Below, one piece after another: positions 1 through 8,120 of a DNA stretch of 31,000 nucleotides. Numbering within the stretch: the first letter of the stretch is position 1; the number at the start of each line of letters is the position of its first letter. The notes under the pieces were generated by a model that worked only from the letters and a program-made list of their open reading frames with translations, did not search any database and was not told where the DNA came from. Location of the stretch: the IMG/VR virus record IMGVR_UViG_3300032301_000217, positions 1 to 31,000 of that record; one strand, written 5' to 3'. Origin of the DNA: a virus (taxonomy: Duplodnaviria; Caudoviricetes). The position numbers and the translations under genes are program-made.

Positions 1-74
1 AGCGCCCACAACCGAGCCGGTCGCAAGAGCGCCGCGCCTCCCTTGAATGGGATTGGCGCGGCGTTCTTTGCGTT
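1..74 (+). repeat. Direct repeat, left copy (matches 30770-30843 at 73/74 nt; may extend upstream of the window)
   Basis: AGCGCCCACAACCGAGCCGG...TTTGCGTT is identical to 30770-30843 except T64 versus C30833. The two copies diverge immediately afterwards. Confidence 0.95.
22..72. terminator. Long GC-rich hairpin, probable terminator
   Basis: CGCAAGAGCGCCGCGCC (22-38) pairs with GGCGCGGCGTTCTTTGCG (55-72), with an inner TCCC/GGGA stem and a TTGAAT loop. Confidence 0.6.
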
Positions 75-144
75 CTAGAGACATTCTGGTCAAGAAATAA
101 ACACCCTCTGACTAGGGACTATGCAAGAAATCTCGGCTAGGTAG

Positions 145-173
145 TTGACAAGTGGTCACGACGTGACGAAAGT
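145..173 (+). promoter_or_regulatory. Putative sigma-70/SigA early promoter with a palindromic operator in the spacer; likely leaderless transcript
   Basis: TTGACA (145-150), a 17-nt spacer containing the palindrome GTCACG-A-CGTGAC (155-167), a weak -10 GAAAGT (168-173), and ATG 7 nt later (181) with no Shine-Dalgarno. Confidence 0.55.
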
Positions 174-180
174 CAAGCCC

Positions 181-360
181 ATGAAACCCCTCGGGCAGTT
201 CATCATCGGCGGCGCCATTGTCGTCGCCGCCTTCGCAGCGAACGCGTTCGTCGAGCTGGTCGCCACGGTCATTCCGGCGGGCGTGTTCGCCTGCGCGATC
301 TTCGTCGGACTGGTAACCGTGGCACTCGTCGCCGCTTGCAAGATTGAGACGCGACCGTGA
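181..360 (+). CDS. Small two-TM membrane protein
   Basis: MKPLGQFIIGGAIVVAAF...; two hydrophobic stretches; GTGA stop/start overlap with the next ORF. Confidence 0.65.
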   Translation: MKPLGQFIIGGAIVVAAFAANAFVELVATVIPAGVFACAIFVGLVTVALVAACKIETRP

Positions 361-449
361 GGCACGACCTCGCCGCACTTGGAGCGATCGTGGCGCTCGT
401 CGCCGCCGTCGCTCTGTTCGCCTACCTGATCAGCATCGCCGCCTTGTGA
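357..449 (+). CDS. 30-aa single-TM peptide (not in the ORF track)
   Basis: GTG start overlaps the previous stop. Translates MRHDLAALGAIVALVAAVALFAYLISIAAL. Its stop overlaps the GTG of the next gene. Confidence 0.6.
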   Translation: MRHDLAALGAIVALVAAVALFAYLISIAAL

Positions 450-784
450 CGAACGCGGCGAAGGCTAAGGGGTCCGCCTTTGAGCGGCTCTGCGCTGATT
501 ACTTCATCGCACGCGGTATCCCGTGCGAGCGGATTCCGGCAGGCGCCAGCGCCGACCGTGGCGATCTCTGGGTGCCGATCATTGAATGGCCGTCGATCGA
601 CACAAAGAACCATCGGAGCCCATCGCTCGGCGCCTGGTGCGATCGAGCAGAGGAACAACGCGATAACGCCGGTCGCCGGTCGGGATTCGTTCTACACAAG
701 CGCGCAGGTGTCGGCGATCCGGCTCGCCAGTTCATGACCACGACCGTCGAAATGTTCGTCGACCTTATGGAGGCGCTCCGATGA
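446..784 (+). CDS. Holliday junction resolvase-like PD-(D/E)xK nuclease
   Basis: KAKGSAFER...DRGD...IDTKN motif arrangement typical of phage Hjc-like resolvases. True start is probably GTG 446 (4-nt overlap). Confidence 0.75.
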   Translation: MTNAAKAKGSAFERLCADYFIARGIPCERIPAGASADRGDLWVPIIEWPSIDTKNHRSPSLGAWCDRAEEQRDNAGRRSGFVLHKRAGVGDPARQFMTTTVEMFVDLMEALR

Positions 785-981
785 CTCACGCACAGATCAC
801 CGAGATGCTGATCGGCAAGCTCGTCGAAGCGGCCGACGCCGCCGAACCGGATCGGGAGCTATTCCTACTGGCCGCCGACGAGCTGGCCGAACTCATCGCA
901 CAGATTGAGCGGGCAGATCAGATCATGGCGAACATTCGCGCCGAGATGCAACGCATGAGAGCAGGGGAGTCGCAATGGTGA
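781..981 (+). CDS. Hypothetical coiled-coil protein
   Basis: 66 aa, helical, ATGA-coupled to the upstream gene. Confidence 0.7.
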   Translation: MTHAQITEMLIGKLVEAADAAEPDRELFLLAADELAELIAQIERADQIMANIRAEMQRMRAGESQW

Positions 982-1211
982 AGCGCTTCGCGGGGGCGAA
1001 GTGCGTCGGTCGGACCGACGAGATGTTCCCACGCCATTATCACGGACCGAAAGCGGACAACGCTCGCGCCATCTGCGAGACCTGTCCGGCGATTGAGCCA
1101 TGCGCGAACGCTGCCATTGAACGTCGAGAGCAGTTCGGAATATGGGGCGGACTCACTCCCGACCGGATCGAAATCATCGCCAAGTCACGCGCCGAGATGG
1201 TGCGGTCATGA
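975..1211 (+). CDS. whiB: WhiB-family [4Fe-4S] transcription regulator
   Basis: Four Cys in a C...CxxC-x5-C arrangement plus the GIWGG turn motif. Confidence 0.92.
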   Translation: MVKRFAGAKCVGRTDEMFPRHYHGPKADNARAICETCPAIEPCANAAIERREQFGIWGGLTPDRIEIIAKSRAEMVRS

Positions 1212-1831
1212 GGGAGCACGGCACACGCGTTGCCTACGCTTACGGGATCGAGCCGGGACAGGATCGGTCGAAGGGCTGTCGCTGCGAGTCATGCGCCGAC
1301 GCAAACCGTCTCTACGCTCGTGAGCATCGGCGGCGCCAGAATCGCGCATTCGTCCACGGGATCGAAGAATGGCAGCCCGCCTACGTCGACAACTCAGAGG
1401 CACGCGAGCACCTGGCATGGCTCACCACTCAGGGCGTCGGACTCCGCACCGTCGAGAAACGGATTGGCATCTCTCGGACGTCTCTGCTCAAGATCCGCTC
1501 GGGCAAGGTCACTCAAAGCCGACCCGAGACCATCGAGAAGATTCTCGGAGTCGGTCGTTCCGCCGTCCGTGGCGCCGCACTCGTCGACGCTGCACCGACG
1601 TGGAAGATGATCGACGACATGGTGAAACAGGGCTACCGGCTCGGATGGATCGGGCAGCAGCTCGGCGCTGAGACGTTCAGCCTCCAGCTTCGCAAGGGCC
1701 GGATTCAGGCCAAGAGCGCGCGCAAGGTCGCCGAACTCTACGAACGAACGATGTTTCGAGTCCTCGAGGATCGACGCATCAGCAGAGAAGCACGAGCGCA
1801 CTACCGCGCCATTGAATCCGCAAACGCATGA
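1208..1831 (+). CDS. Zn-binding (HGT...GCRCxxC) plus helix-turn-helix DNA-binding protein
   Basis: N-terminal HGT...KGCRCESC motif common in actinophage proteins; GLRTVEKRIGISRTSLLKIRSG is HTH-like. ATG 1208 overlaps the whiB stop. Confidence 0.7.
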   Translation: MREHGTRVAYAYGIEPGQDRSKGCRCESCADANRLYAREHRRRQNRAFVHGIEEWQPAYVDNSEAREHLAWLTTQGVGLRTVEKRIGISRTSLLKIRSGKVTQSRPETIEKILGVGRSAVRGAALVDAAPTWKMIDDMVKQGYRLGWIGQQLGAETFSLQLRKGRIQAKSARKVAELYERTMFRVLEDRRISREARAHYRAIESANA

Positions 1832-3447
1832 CCAAGACAACAGGGGAAACCATGAGCACGACGAACGACTTCGTATCCGTTGACCAGATCCGCCGAGACC
1901 GTTGGGGCCGCTATCTCGTGCTCGCTCCTGGCGGCGACAAGCCGACCGGCTACACCAGAGCGACGACCGTCGCCAAGACTCTCGACGACGAATCGAACCT
2001 GAAGACATGGGCGCAGAGGATGACGGCGCTCGGTCTCGCTGACCGTCCCGATCTCGTGGCACTCATCGCCGCCACCGATCCCGAAGACAAAAAGACGCTG
2101 AACAAGATATGCGAACGCGCATCAGAGGCAGGCGGCGCAACGGTCCGCCGTGACCTCGGCACCGCCCTTCATAAGATGCTCGAAGATTCTTGGTTCGATC
2201 CGAACTACGTCGCGCCGTCGCCGTATGACGCCGACGTGATGGCAGTCCACACGGCACTCAATGCGGCAGGCTTCACGGTCGCCGCTGGCATGACTGAGCG
2301 GATGATCGTCAACGATCGTCACCAGATCGCCGGGATGTTTGATCTCCTACTCGCCACGGAAGGCGACGCCGAACTCATCATGGCCGACATAAAGACAGGA
2401 TCGAGCGTCGACTTCGGAGCGCTCGGATGGGCGACACAGCTCGCCATCTACGCGAACGCCGACGCGCTCTATCTCCAGGGCAAAGCGGCGGACGGTTCCG
2501 ACGACGTGCGCGAACCGATGCCGAACATAAACAAGAGCACGGGCGTGATCATCCACGTTCAGCCGGAATCGGGCTCCTGTGATCTTCACTGGCTTGATCT
2601 AGAGGCAGGCGCCGAGGCGCTTGAAATGGCGATGGAAGTCCGCCGCATTCGCAAGTTCAAGCCGCTTCACAAGATGGAGATCGCACCGGCAGAGACACCC
2701 GTCGAGCAGGTGGCGCGCATATTCGACACAACTCCGGGGGAGATAGAACTTGTGTCTGACGACTGGCGGGCGTGGATTCGTCGTCGCCTTGAGATCGTCA
2801 TCGCAGCAGGTCACGAGCAGCACCTGGTCAACGTCTGGCCGGTCGGTGTCCCGACGCTGGCGACAGGCGCACCGATGACGATCGCAGAAGGCGAAGAACT
2901 CGCCGCCGTCGTGTCGTTGATTGAGAAGACGCACGGACTCCCGTTTCCCGATCTCGCTCCGCGCGTTGAGGCGGTCGCCTCCTCGACGCTTCAGCGCTCG
3001 GAGCGACGACCACCACCGCCCGAAGGCGAACTCGTCACCGATCAAGAGGTGCACCAGCTGGCGCGCTACCTGTCCACGATGGGCGCCGAGGCGCAGGCGT
3101 GGACGCTAGCGATCGTTGAGGATGCCAGCGCAGCAGGTCGCCCGATCCGGTTGACGACCGATCTCGGCCTCCAGTCCGAACGGCGCCTGACGATCTTCAA
3201 CGCTCTGATCTCGCTCTCCGATCACGCCAGCGACGAACTCGCTCGCGCCCTGGTCTCGATCGCCATCGGCATGGAAATGCAACCGGCGCACAATCTCGGC
3301 GACGCCATCGGGTCGCTCACAATCGCAGAGGCGCAACGCCTCGCACAACTCGCACGGGCGATCAACGCCGGCGAACTCGTCGCCCATTGGGCCGACGACG
3401 GAACCTGCACGATTACCGGCGACATATGGGCCGCGACCGCGTCCTAA
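1828..3447 (+). CDS. Cas4/RecE-like PD-(D/E)xK exonuclease with a long C-terminal extension
   Basis: RDRWGRY...YTRATT...GTALH...AGMFD...ADIKTG...QLAIYA motifs. Alternative start at 1852. Confidence 0.8.
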   Translation: MTKTTGETMSTTNDFVSVDQIRRDRWGRYLVLAPGGDKPTGYTRATTVAKTLDDESNLKTWAQRMTALGLADRPDLVALIAATDPEDKKTLNKICERASEAGGATVRRDLGTALHKMLEDSWFDPNYVAPSPYDADVMAVHTALNAAGFTVAAGMTERMIVNDRHQIAGMFDLLLATEGDAELIMADIKTGSSVDFGALGWATQLAIYANADALYLQGKAADGSDDVREPMPNINKSTGVIIHVQPESGSCDLHWLDLEAGAEALEMAMEVRRIRKFKPLHKMEIAPAETPVEQVARIFDTTPGEIELVSDDWRAWIRRRLEIVIAAGHEQHLVNVWPVGVPTLATGAPMTIAEGEELAAVVSLIEKTHGLPFPDLAPRVEAVASSTLQRSERRPPPPEGELVTDQEVHQLARYLSTMGAEAQAWTLAIVEDASAAGRPIRLTTDLGLQSERRLTIFNALISLSDHASDELARALVSIAIGMEMQPAHNLGDAIGSLTIAEAQRLAQLARAINAGELVAHWADDGTCTITGDIWAATAS

Positions 3448-3466
3448 TACCCCAAGAGAAAGAACC

Positions 3467-3934
3467 ATGACCATGACAATCTTTGCATCCCCATCTTCCA
3501 GCGGCGGCGGCGATCGCCTCAACGTCGGCGACATCAACGGCCATCATGTAATCGTCAACGTGCTCAGCGTCGAGAACGTGCAGACCACCCTCGGAATGTC
3601 CGAAGCGATCAAGATCAACGTCGCCGATCTGACGACCGGACTCGCCTCGACCGGTGTTCTCTGGTTCTCAAAGGTGATCGTATCGAGCCTGAAGAACTTC
3701 GCCGGTAGTGGATCGCTCGTGCTCGGCACCGTCGGTCAAGGCGTCGCTAAGCCAGGGCAGAACGCCCCGTGGGTGCTGAACTCGGCCGATCACATTCCCG
3801 AGGTAGTCGCAGCGGCGACCGCATGGCTTGACGCGAATCCCGGCGTGATCGCTGGCGCCATCGCTACACCGGCACCCGCTCAGAACCTTGCGCCGGTAGC
3901 GAATCTCGCGCCGTCGCTCGGCTCGATCATCTAG
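3467..3934 (+). CDS. Putative single-stranded DNA-binding protein (actinophage type)
   Basis: Beta-rich 155-aa protein with GVAKPGQNAPWVL, directly after the exonuclease; function inferred from context. Confidence 0.5.
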   Translation: MTMTIFASPSSSGGGDRLNVGDINGHHVIVNVLSVENVQTTLGMSEAIKINVADLTTGLASTGVLWFSKVIVSSLKNFAGSGSLVLGTVGQGVAKPGQNAPWVLNSADHIPEVVAAATAWLDANPGVIAGAIATPAPAQNLAPVANLAPSLGSII

Positions 3935-3942
3935 TCACATCC

Positions 3943-4034
3943 TGACCGACGGCATTCCCCTAGTCGTCGGTCATCGTCCGGCGCCGTTCGCTTACAAGCA
4001 GCGGCGAGCTGCACCCAACGCGTCGGCGCCGGAC
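3943..4034 (+). other. Intergenic RNA structures (11-bp hairpin plus an 11-bp-closed branched element)
   Basis: TGACCGACGGC/GTCGTCGGTCA (3943-3973); GTCCGGCGCCG/CGGCGCCGGAC (3976-4034) enclosing a GCAGC/GCTGC hairpin. Confidence 0.55.
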
Positions 4035-4079
4035 ACCCTCAACCGTGAAACAAACCAAAAGGGCAAGTTAGTGGAGGCG

Positions 4080-4244
4080 ATGAAATGGCAATGGGAGATT
4101 CGACAACTAAGGGACGCTGGATACGTCATATTCCTGACGATCGGCGCGGACACCCATCAGGCACCAGGCGGGCCGATGACGCTCGCCGACGCGCAACAGA
4201 CAGCGAGAGCGCTTCGCTCATGGACAGTAGAGGCGAGACCGTGA
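4080..4244 (+). CDS. Hypothetical 54-aa protein (not in the ORF track)
   Basis: GGAGG just upstream of ATG 4080; MKWQWEIRQLRDAGYVIFLTIG...EARP; GTGA overlap with the next gene. Confidence 0.6.
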   Translation: MKWQWEIRQLRDAGYVIFLTIGADTHQAPGGPMTLADAQQTARALRSWTVEARP

Positions 4245-4585
4245 CCGACATCGTCGACCTACTCGACGCAATGTTCACCGACGACGAGTTCCATTCAGAC
4301 AGTCGGCTCCTGGTCACGATCCGAGCCGCCGACGAGATAGCGAGTTTGCGCGTGGAACTGGCGAAGACGACGCAAGACCTTGAGGACGCCAAGACGCTCC
4401 TTGCCGACTCACTTCCCCGACTCGTGGACGCCATCCGCTTACGGGCGGAGAACGTGCGACTCCGTGACCTTGTAATCGAATGGGCCGACAGATGCGATGA
4501 ATCCGAGAAGAGAACTGAATGCGCGCATTGCGAATTGCAAAGGTATTACGCGACTGTTGAACTGCGCGCGGCGGTAGGGAAATGA
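4241..4585 (+). CDS. Hypothetical coiled-coil protein (MTDIV...AADEI type)
   Basis: GTG start at 4241 within the 4085-4585 ORF; common small phage early-gene pattern. Confidence 0.7.
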   Translation: MTDIVDLLDAMFTDDEFHSDSRLLVTIRAADEIASLRVELAKTTQDLEDAKTLLADSLPRLVDAIRLRAENVRLRDLVIEWADRCDESEKRTECAHCELQRYYATVELRAAVGK

Positions 4586-4854
4586 CCGCCGACCCGTACG
4601 CCGTACAGCTGGCCGCCCTTGATCGTTGGGCCGAGCTGCACCCGCAACCGACCGCCCTTTACATCCGAGAGATCCGCCGGAGTGAGGCGTTGCTATTCGC
4701 AGGCGATCACATGGCTCGGGCTCTGCAATGGATCACGAAGCAACCGCGCGAGCGACACGGCGGGATCGTCCGAATCGAGATGCCATCGCAACGCCTCACC
4801 GACGCCGCTCAAGCGGTCGGCGAATGGCAAGACACGGCGAGGGCGGCGGCATGA
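4582..4854 (+). CDS. Hypothetical protein
   Basis: 90 aa, ATGA-coupled at both ends. Confidence 0.7.
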   Translation: MTADPYAVQLAALDRWAELHPQPTALYIREIRRSEALLFAGDHMARALQWITKQPRERHGGIVRIEMPSQRLTDAAQAVGEWQDTARAAA

Positions 4855-5066
4855 CCTGTGACCACGACTACCGGCAGATCGGGCGCGTGCTCGGCGACAC
4901 CTACACGACGACCGTCTACCGCTGCACGCTCTGTCAAGACAAGACAGAGCACCGCAAAAGATGGTTCGGCGACGACTGGCAACCGACCAGCGAACGCGCA
5001 CGAGAGCGCGGCTACGACCCGGCCGATTATCGCGACGCACCCGACGACTTCGACGATGCGGCATGA
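4851..5066 (+). CDS. Small Zn-ribbon-like protein
   Basis: MTCDHDY...YRCTLC (CxH...CxxC); ATGA overlaps at both ends. Confidence 0.65.
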   Translation: MTCDHDYRQIGRVLGDTYTTTVYRCTLCQDKTEHRKRWFGDDWQPTSERARERGYDPADYRDAPDDFDDAA

Positions 5067-5272
5067 CTCCGGACATCTTCACGCCATCCGCCGACATTTA
5101 TCACCAAGGCAAAGGCGCCACGATCATTCACGGCGACGCAACGAAACTCGCCGACTATCTAGAGCCCGAGTCCGTTGATCTCATCATTACGTCGCCGCCC
5201 TACTTCGCACTTCGTTCGTACCAAGACGACGGCGAGCATTACGACGGGCAGATCGGAAGCGACGCAGCATGA
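5063..5272 (+). pseudogene. Truncated N4-C/N6-A DNA methyltransferase (beta class, N-terminal 69 aa only)
   Basis: IIHGDA...ESVDLIITSPPYF.LRSY (motif IV SPPY) followed by a stop. No SAM-binding FxGxG motif is found downstream. Confidence 0.8.
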
Positions 5273-5415
5273 CCGAGGAATGGGAGTGCGCCAAGTGCGG
5301 CGCCGCGTACATATCGCCGAGACCGATCAAGGCGTGCCGCTGCGCGTTCTGCTCACGCCGTGGATCTCGCAACCTTGACGTATGGATGACCCCGAAACAG
5401 GAGGCACAAGAATGA
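5269..5415 (+). CDS. 48-aa Zn-finger protein (not in the ORF track)
   Basis: MTEEWECAKCGAAY...CRCAFCSRR; ATGA-coupled at both ends. Confidence 0.6.
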   Translation: MTEEWECAKCGAAYISPRPIKACRCAFCSRRGSRNLDVWMTPKQEAQE

Positions 5416-5915
5416 GACGACTACGACACGCGGCGACCGCCGCCGCAATGATCCTCCTCGCCGTTAGCGGATGCGCTAACACCGAACCGGCGCCACCGCC
5501 GTTCATCGTGACCGACCAGAGCACGACCACGACGGCGCCGGATCTCTCCTTACTGATCGTCACCACCACGACGGCGCCGGTAGTGGTACCGGAAGTGGTA
5601 CGGAATACCGGAACACCCGACGGATGCTTCATGGACATGGCCGCCGCCGTCGGCTGGCCGCCCGAAACCCTCGCCACCCTCGCACGAGTGATCCACAGGG
5701 AAAGCCGCTGCGATCCGAGCGCCTTCGCAGATCGCCCATCCACCCTCGACAACTCTCGCGGCCTCCTCCAGATCAACGCATGGGGAACGCTCGCCGACAA
5801 CATCCGAGCCAAGTGCGGCGTCGAGCCCGACGCGCTATTCGATCCGGCGACGAACCTCGCTTGCGGACTCGTCTACTGGCAGTCAATGGGCTGGCGACCG
5901 TGGGGCGGCGCGTGA
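5412..5915 (+). CDS. Lipoprotein lytic transglycosylase (SLT/lysozyme-like)
   Basis: Signal peptide with lipobox VSG-C, Thr/Pro linker, catalytic RES motif, GLLQIN, LFDPATN and WRPW motifs. Confidence 0.85.
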   Translation: MRRLRHAATAAAMILLAVSGCANTEPAPPPFIVTDQSTTTTAPDLSLLIVTTTTAPVVVPEVVRNTGTPDGCFMDMAAAVGWPPETLATLARVIHRESRCDPSAFADRPSTLDNSRGLLQINAWGTLADNIRAKCGVEPDALFDPATNLACGLVYWQSMGWRPWGGA

Positions 5916-8107
5916 TGACCGACACCCTCGTTGCCGCCCTCGGCTACGCCGCACAAGGCTGGCGCGTGCTGCCGATCATGCCAGGGCAGAAGCGGCCGCC
6001 GATGGCAGCGTGGCAGCACGCCGCCACGACGGACCCGACGACGATCGAATCGTGGTGGACGCAGCTCTACCGAGACCACGGGCTAGGCGTGGCGACCGGA
6101 CCGGAGAGCGGGATCTTCATCGTCGACGTGGACGTGGCGAACGGCAAGCGAGGCGACGAATCGCTTCAGGAACTCGTCGACACCTACGGCGCCCTTCCCG
6201 AGACGGCGACGGTCATCACCGCCAGCGGCGGAACGCATCTCTACTTTCGCTATCCCGAAGGCCAAGAGATCCGCAACTCAGCGAGCGGCCGCCTCGGCGA
6301 ATGGCTCGACGTGCGAGGGATCGGCGGTCAATGCCTTGCGCCACCCACGATCGCCGCCAATGGCAAAGCGTACGAATGGGAAGGCGGAGAGCCGGGAGAG
6401 ATCGCAGAGGCGCCGGGCTGGTTACTCGAGCTACTCAAGACTCCAGAACGGGAACAGATCACCTATGAATCGGGAGTGGCACCGGCGCCGCATAGTCTCG
6501 ACGGGCCCGCTTCACGATTCAACGATTCGACGACATGGGACGAACTCCTCACCCGAGACGGCTGGACACTCGGCGCCACGCTGCCCGATGGTGAGCAGCG
6601 CTGGACTCGACCAGGTAAAGACGAACGGGACGGCATGAGCGCCACCGTCGGACACGACGGCAGAGACGTGCTGAAGGTATTCACGTCATCTGTGCCGGGA
6701 CTTGAGGCAGACAAGGCCTACTCCCGATTCGGCTACGAAGCGGCGATGCGCCACGGCGGCGACCGGTCCGCCTTCGCCTCGGAACTCGTCCGCTCCGAGA
6801 TCGTCCCGCTGACGCCGTTCGCCATCACCGAACCGCTAACCGGCACCACGGATCTACCTTACGAACAGTTATCGCCGGAGCATCGCGAGGAACTCGCCCA
6901 CTTGGTCAACTGGGACAACTTCTGGACCTCAGACAAAGGCGAGGAGGAATGGATCGCCTACCCGCTGATCCCTGCGAACAGGTCCGTCGCCCTCTATGCC
7001 CCAGCGAAGGCAGGCAAGTCAACGATCGCCCTCGCCATCGTGGCAGCGGTCGCCACCGGCCGGCGCATCCTCGGCGACGTCGTGGCCGACAAGAAACACA
7101 TCCTCTACCTCGACTACGAAATGACAGAAGACGACCTTCACGAACGGCTCTCAGAACTCGGCTACGACGAGAGCGACGACATGACGTGCCTCCATTACGC
7201 GCTACTTCCGTCCCTACCGCCTCTAGACACGATGGAAGGCGCCGTCGCCCTAATGGGCCTAGTAGATCGCACAGAGGCGGAGTGTGTCGTCGTGGACACG
7301 TTCGGCCGTGCCGTGGAAGGTGACGAAGACAAAGCCGACACCGTGCGCGCGTTCTACCGGCATACCGGACTCGCCCTGAAGGCGCGAGGCGTGGCCGTGA
7401 TGCGAACCGACCACTCCGGCAAAGACGTGGCAAAGGGCCAGCGAGGCAGCTCGGCAAAGAACGACGATGTCGACGTGGTCTGGCAGCTCTCCCGCAAGGA
7501 TGAAGGAATTACGATCAAGCGGACCCATAGCCGGATCTCGTGGGTGCCGAACCTCGTCAACATAAAGAGGAAAGAGACGGACTGCGGCTACGACTACGTA
7601 ATCGACCGAGGTCTGACCGTGTTCGCTAACGGGACGGCCAACAACGCCGCCAGGCTGGACGCAGCAGGCGTACCGATCGACGCGACGGTCAAGGAAGCGC
7701 TCGCTCTCGTGAAGGCGAAAGAGGGGAAGGCGTTCCGCCGTGAGCTCGTCATAGAGGCGCTCGCGTTCCGCAAGATCGGGATCGCTAACACGGAGGAAAT
7801 ACGACGGGCGGCAGGCGTTGAGGACGGTTCCCGAATTGCGGGAACCGTGCAAAAAGGGCGGGAACCGTCGACGGTTCCCGAATTGCGGGAACCGACCCCT
7901 AAAAATCGGGAACCGTGGGAACCGTCGCCCCTACCAGCACTTATGCACGGGAACCGCGCGCACGAAATCGGGAACCGTCCGGAGCCCGCTAATCGGGAAC
8001 CGTTCCCCCATATGAATGGGGAACGTGTCCCGAGCCACGTTTCAGAAGGTCAAGAAACAGACCTAGACGACGACGAAGACCTGTCCGCCATGTACCTAAT
8101 CATCTGA
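5915..8107 (+). CDS. Bifunctional primase-polymerase (Prim-Pol) fused to a RepA/AAA_25-like helicase
   Basis: AALGYAAQGWRVLP, VDVD, TASGGTHLYF and DVRGIGG motifs; Walker A APAKAGKS; Walker B VVVDT. Start ATG 5915 overlaps the previous stop. Confidence 0.9.
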   Translation: MTDTLVAALGYAAQGWRVLPIMPGQKRPPMAAWQHAATTDPTTIESWWTQLYRDHGLGVATGPESGIFIVDVDVANGKRGDESLQELVDTYGALPETATVITASGGTHLYFRYPEGQEIRNSASGRLGEWLDVRGIGGQCLAPPTIAANGKAYEWEGGEPGEIAEAPGWLLELLKTPEREQITYESGVAPAPHSLDGPASRFNDSTTWDELLTRDGWTLGATLPDGEQRWTRPGKDERDGMSATVGHDGRDVLKVFTSSVPGLEADKAYSRFGYEAAMRHGGDRSAFASELVRSEIVPLTPFAITEPLTGTTDLPYEQLSPEHREELAHLVNWDNFWTSDKGEEEWIAYPLIPANRSVALYAPAKAGKSTIALAIVAAVATGRRILGDVVADKKHILYLDYEMTEDDLHERLSELGYDESDDMTCLHYALLPSLPPLDTMEGAVALMGLVDRTEAECVVVDTFGRAVEGDEDKADTVRAFYRHTGLALKARGVAVMRTDHSGKDVAKGQRGSSAKNDDVDVVWQLSRKDEGITIKRTHSRISWVPNLVNIKRKETDCGYDYVIDRGLTVFANGTANNAARLDAAGVPIDATVKEALALVKAKEGKAFRRELVIEALAFRKIGIANTEEIRRAAGVEDGSRIAGTVQKGREPSTVPELREPTPKNREPWEPSPLPALMHGNRAHEIGNRPEPANREPFPHMNGERVPSHVSEGQETDLDDDEDLSAMYLII
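7824..8024. repeat. GGGAACCG iteron-like cluster inside the 3' end of the primase-helicase gene; putative replication origin
   Basis: About 10 copies in both orientations, including ACGGTTCCCG-AATTG-CGGGAACCG twice (7824-7848, 7871-7894) and a terminal palindrome at 8002-8024. Confidence 0.75.
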
Positions 8108-8120
8108 GGAGATCCACACC

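Noticed and set aside
1-74. Terminal repeat as attL/attR of an integrated prophage
   Set aside because: No integrase lies between the copies, no tRNA-like core is seen, and the DNA beyond the right copy encodes a phage-type protein rather than a host gene. It cannot be fully excluded without flanks.
1828-3447. Cas4-like nuclease as evidence of a CRISPR-Cas system
   Set aside because: Stand-alone PD-(D/E)xK exonucleases are routine phage recombination genes; there is no array or other cas gene.
3976-4034. tRNA-like cloverleaf
   Set aside because: No T-loop TTC motif in the proper context, no D-loop or anticodon arm geometry, and too short.
4085-4240. N-terminal part of the 166-aa ORF 4085-4585
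   Set aside because: Better explained as a separate RBS-led gene 4080-4244 in another frame plus a GTG start at 4241.
5624-5914. 97-aa N-terminal extension of the primase ORF in the ORF track
   Set aside because: It overlaps the transglycosylase gene and is Arg-rich off-frame sequence; the Prim-Pol domain starts at ATG 5915.
7824-8024. GGGAACCG repeats as a CRISPR array
   Set aside because: Units are only 8-10 bp, occur in both orientations with irregular spacing, lie within a CDS, and no cas operon is present.
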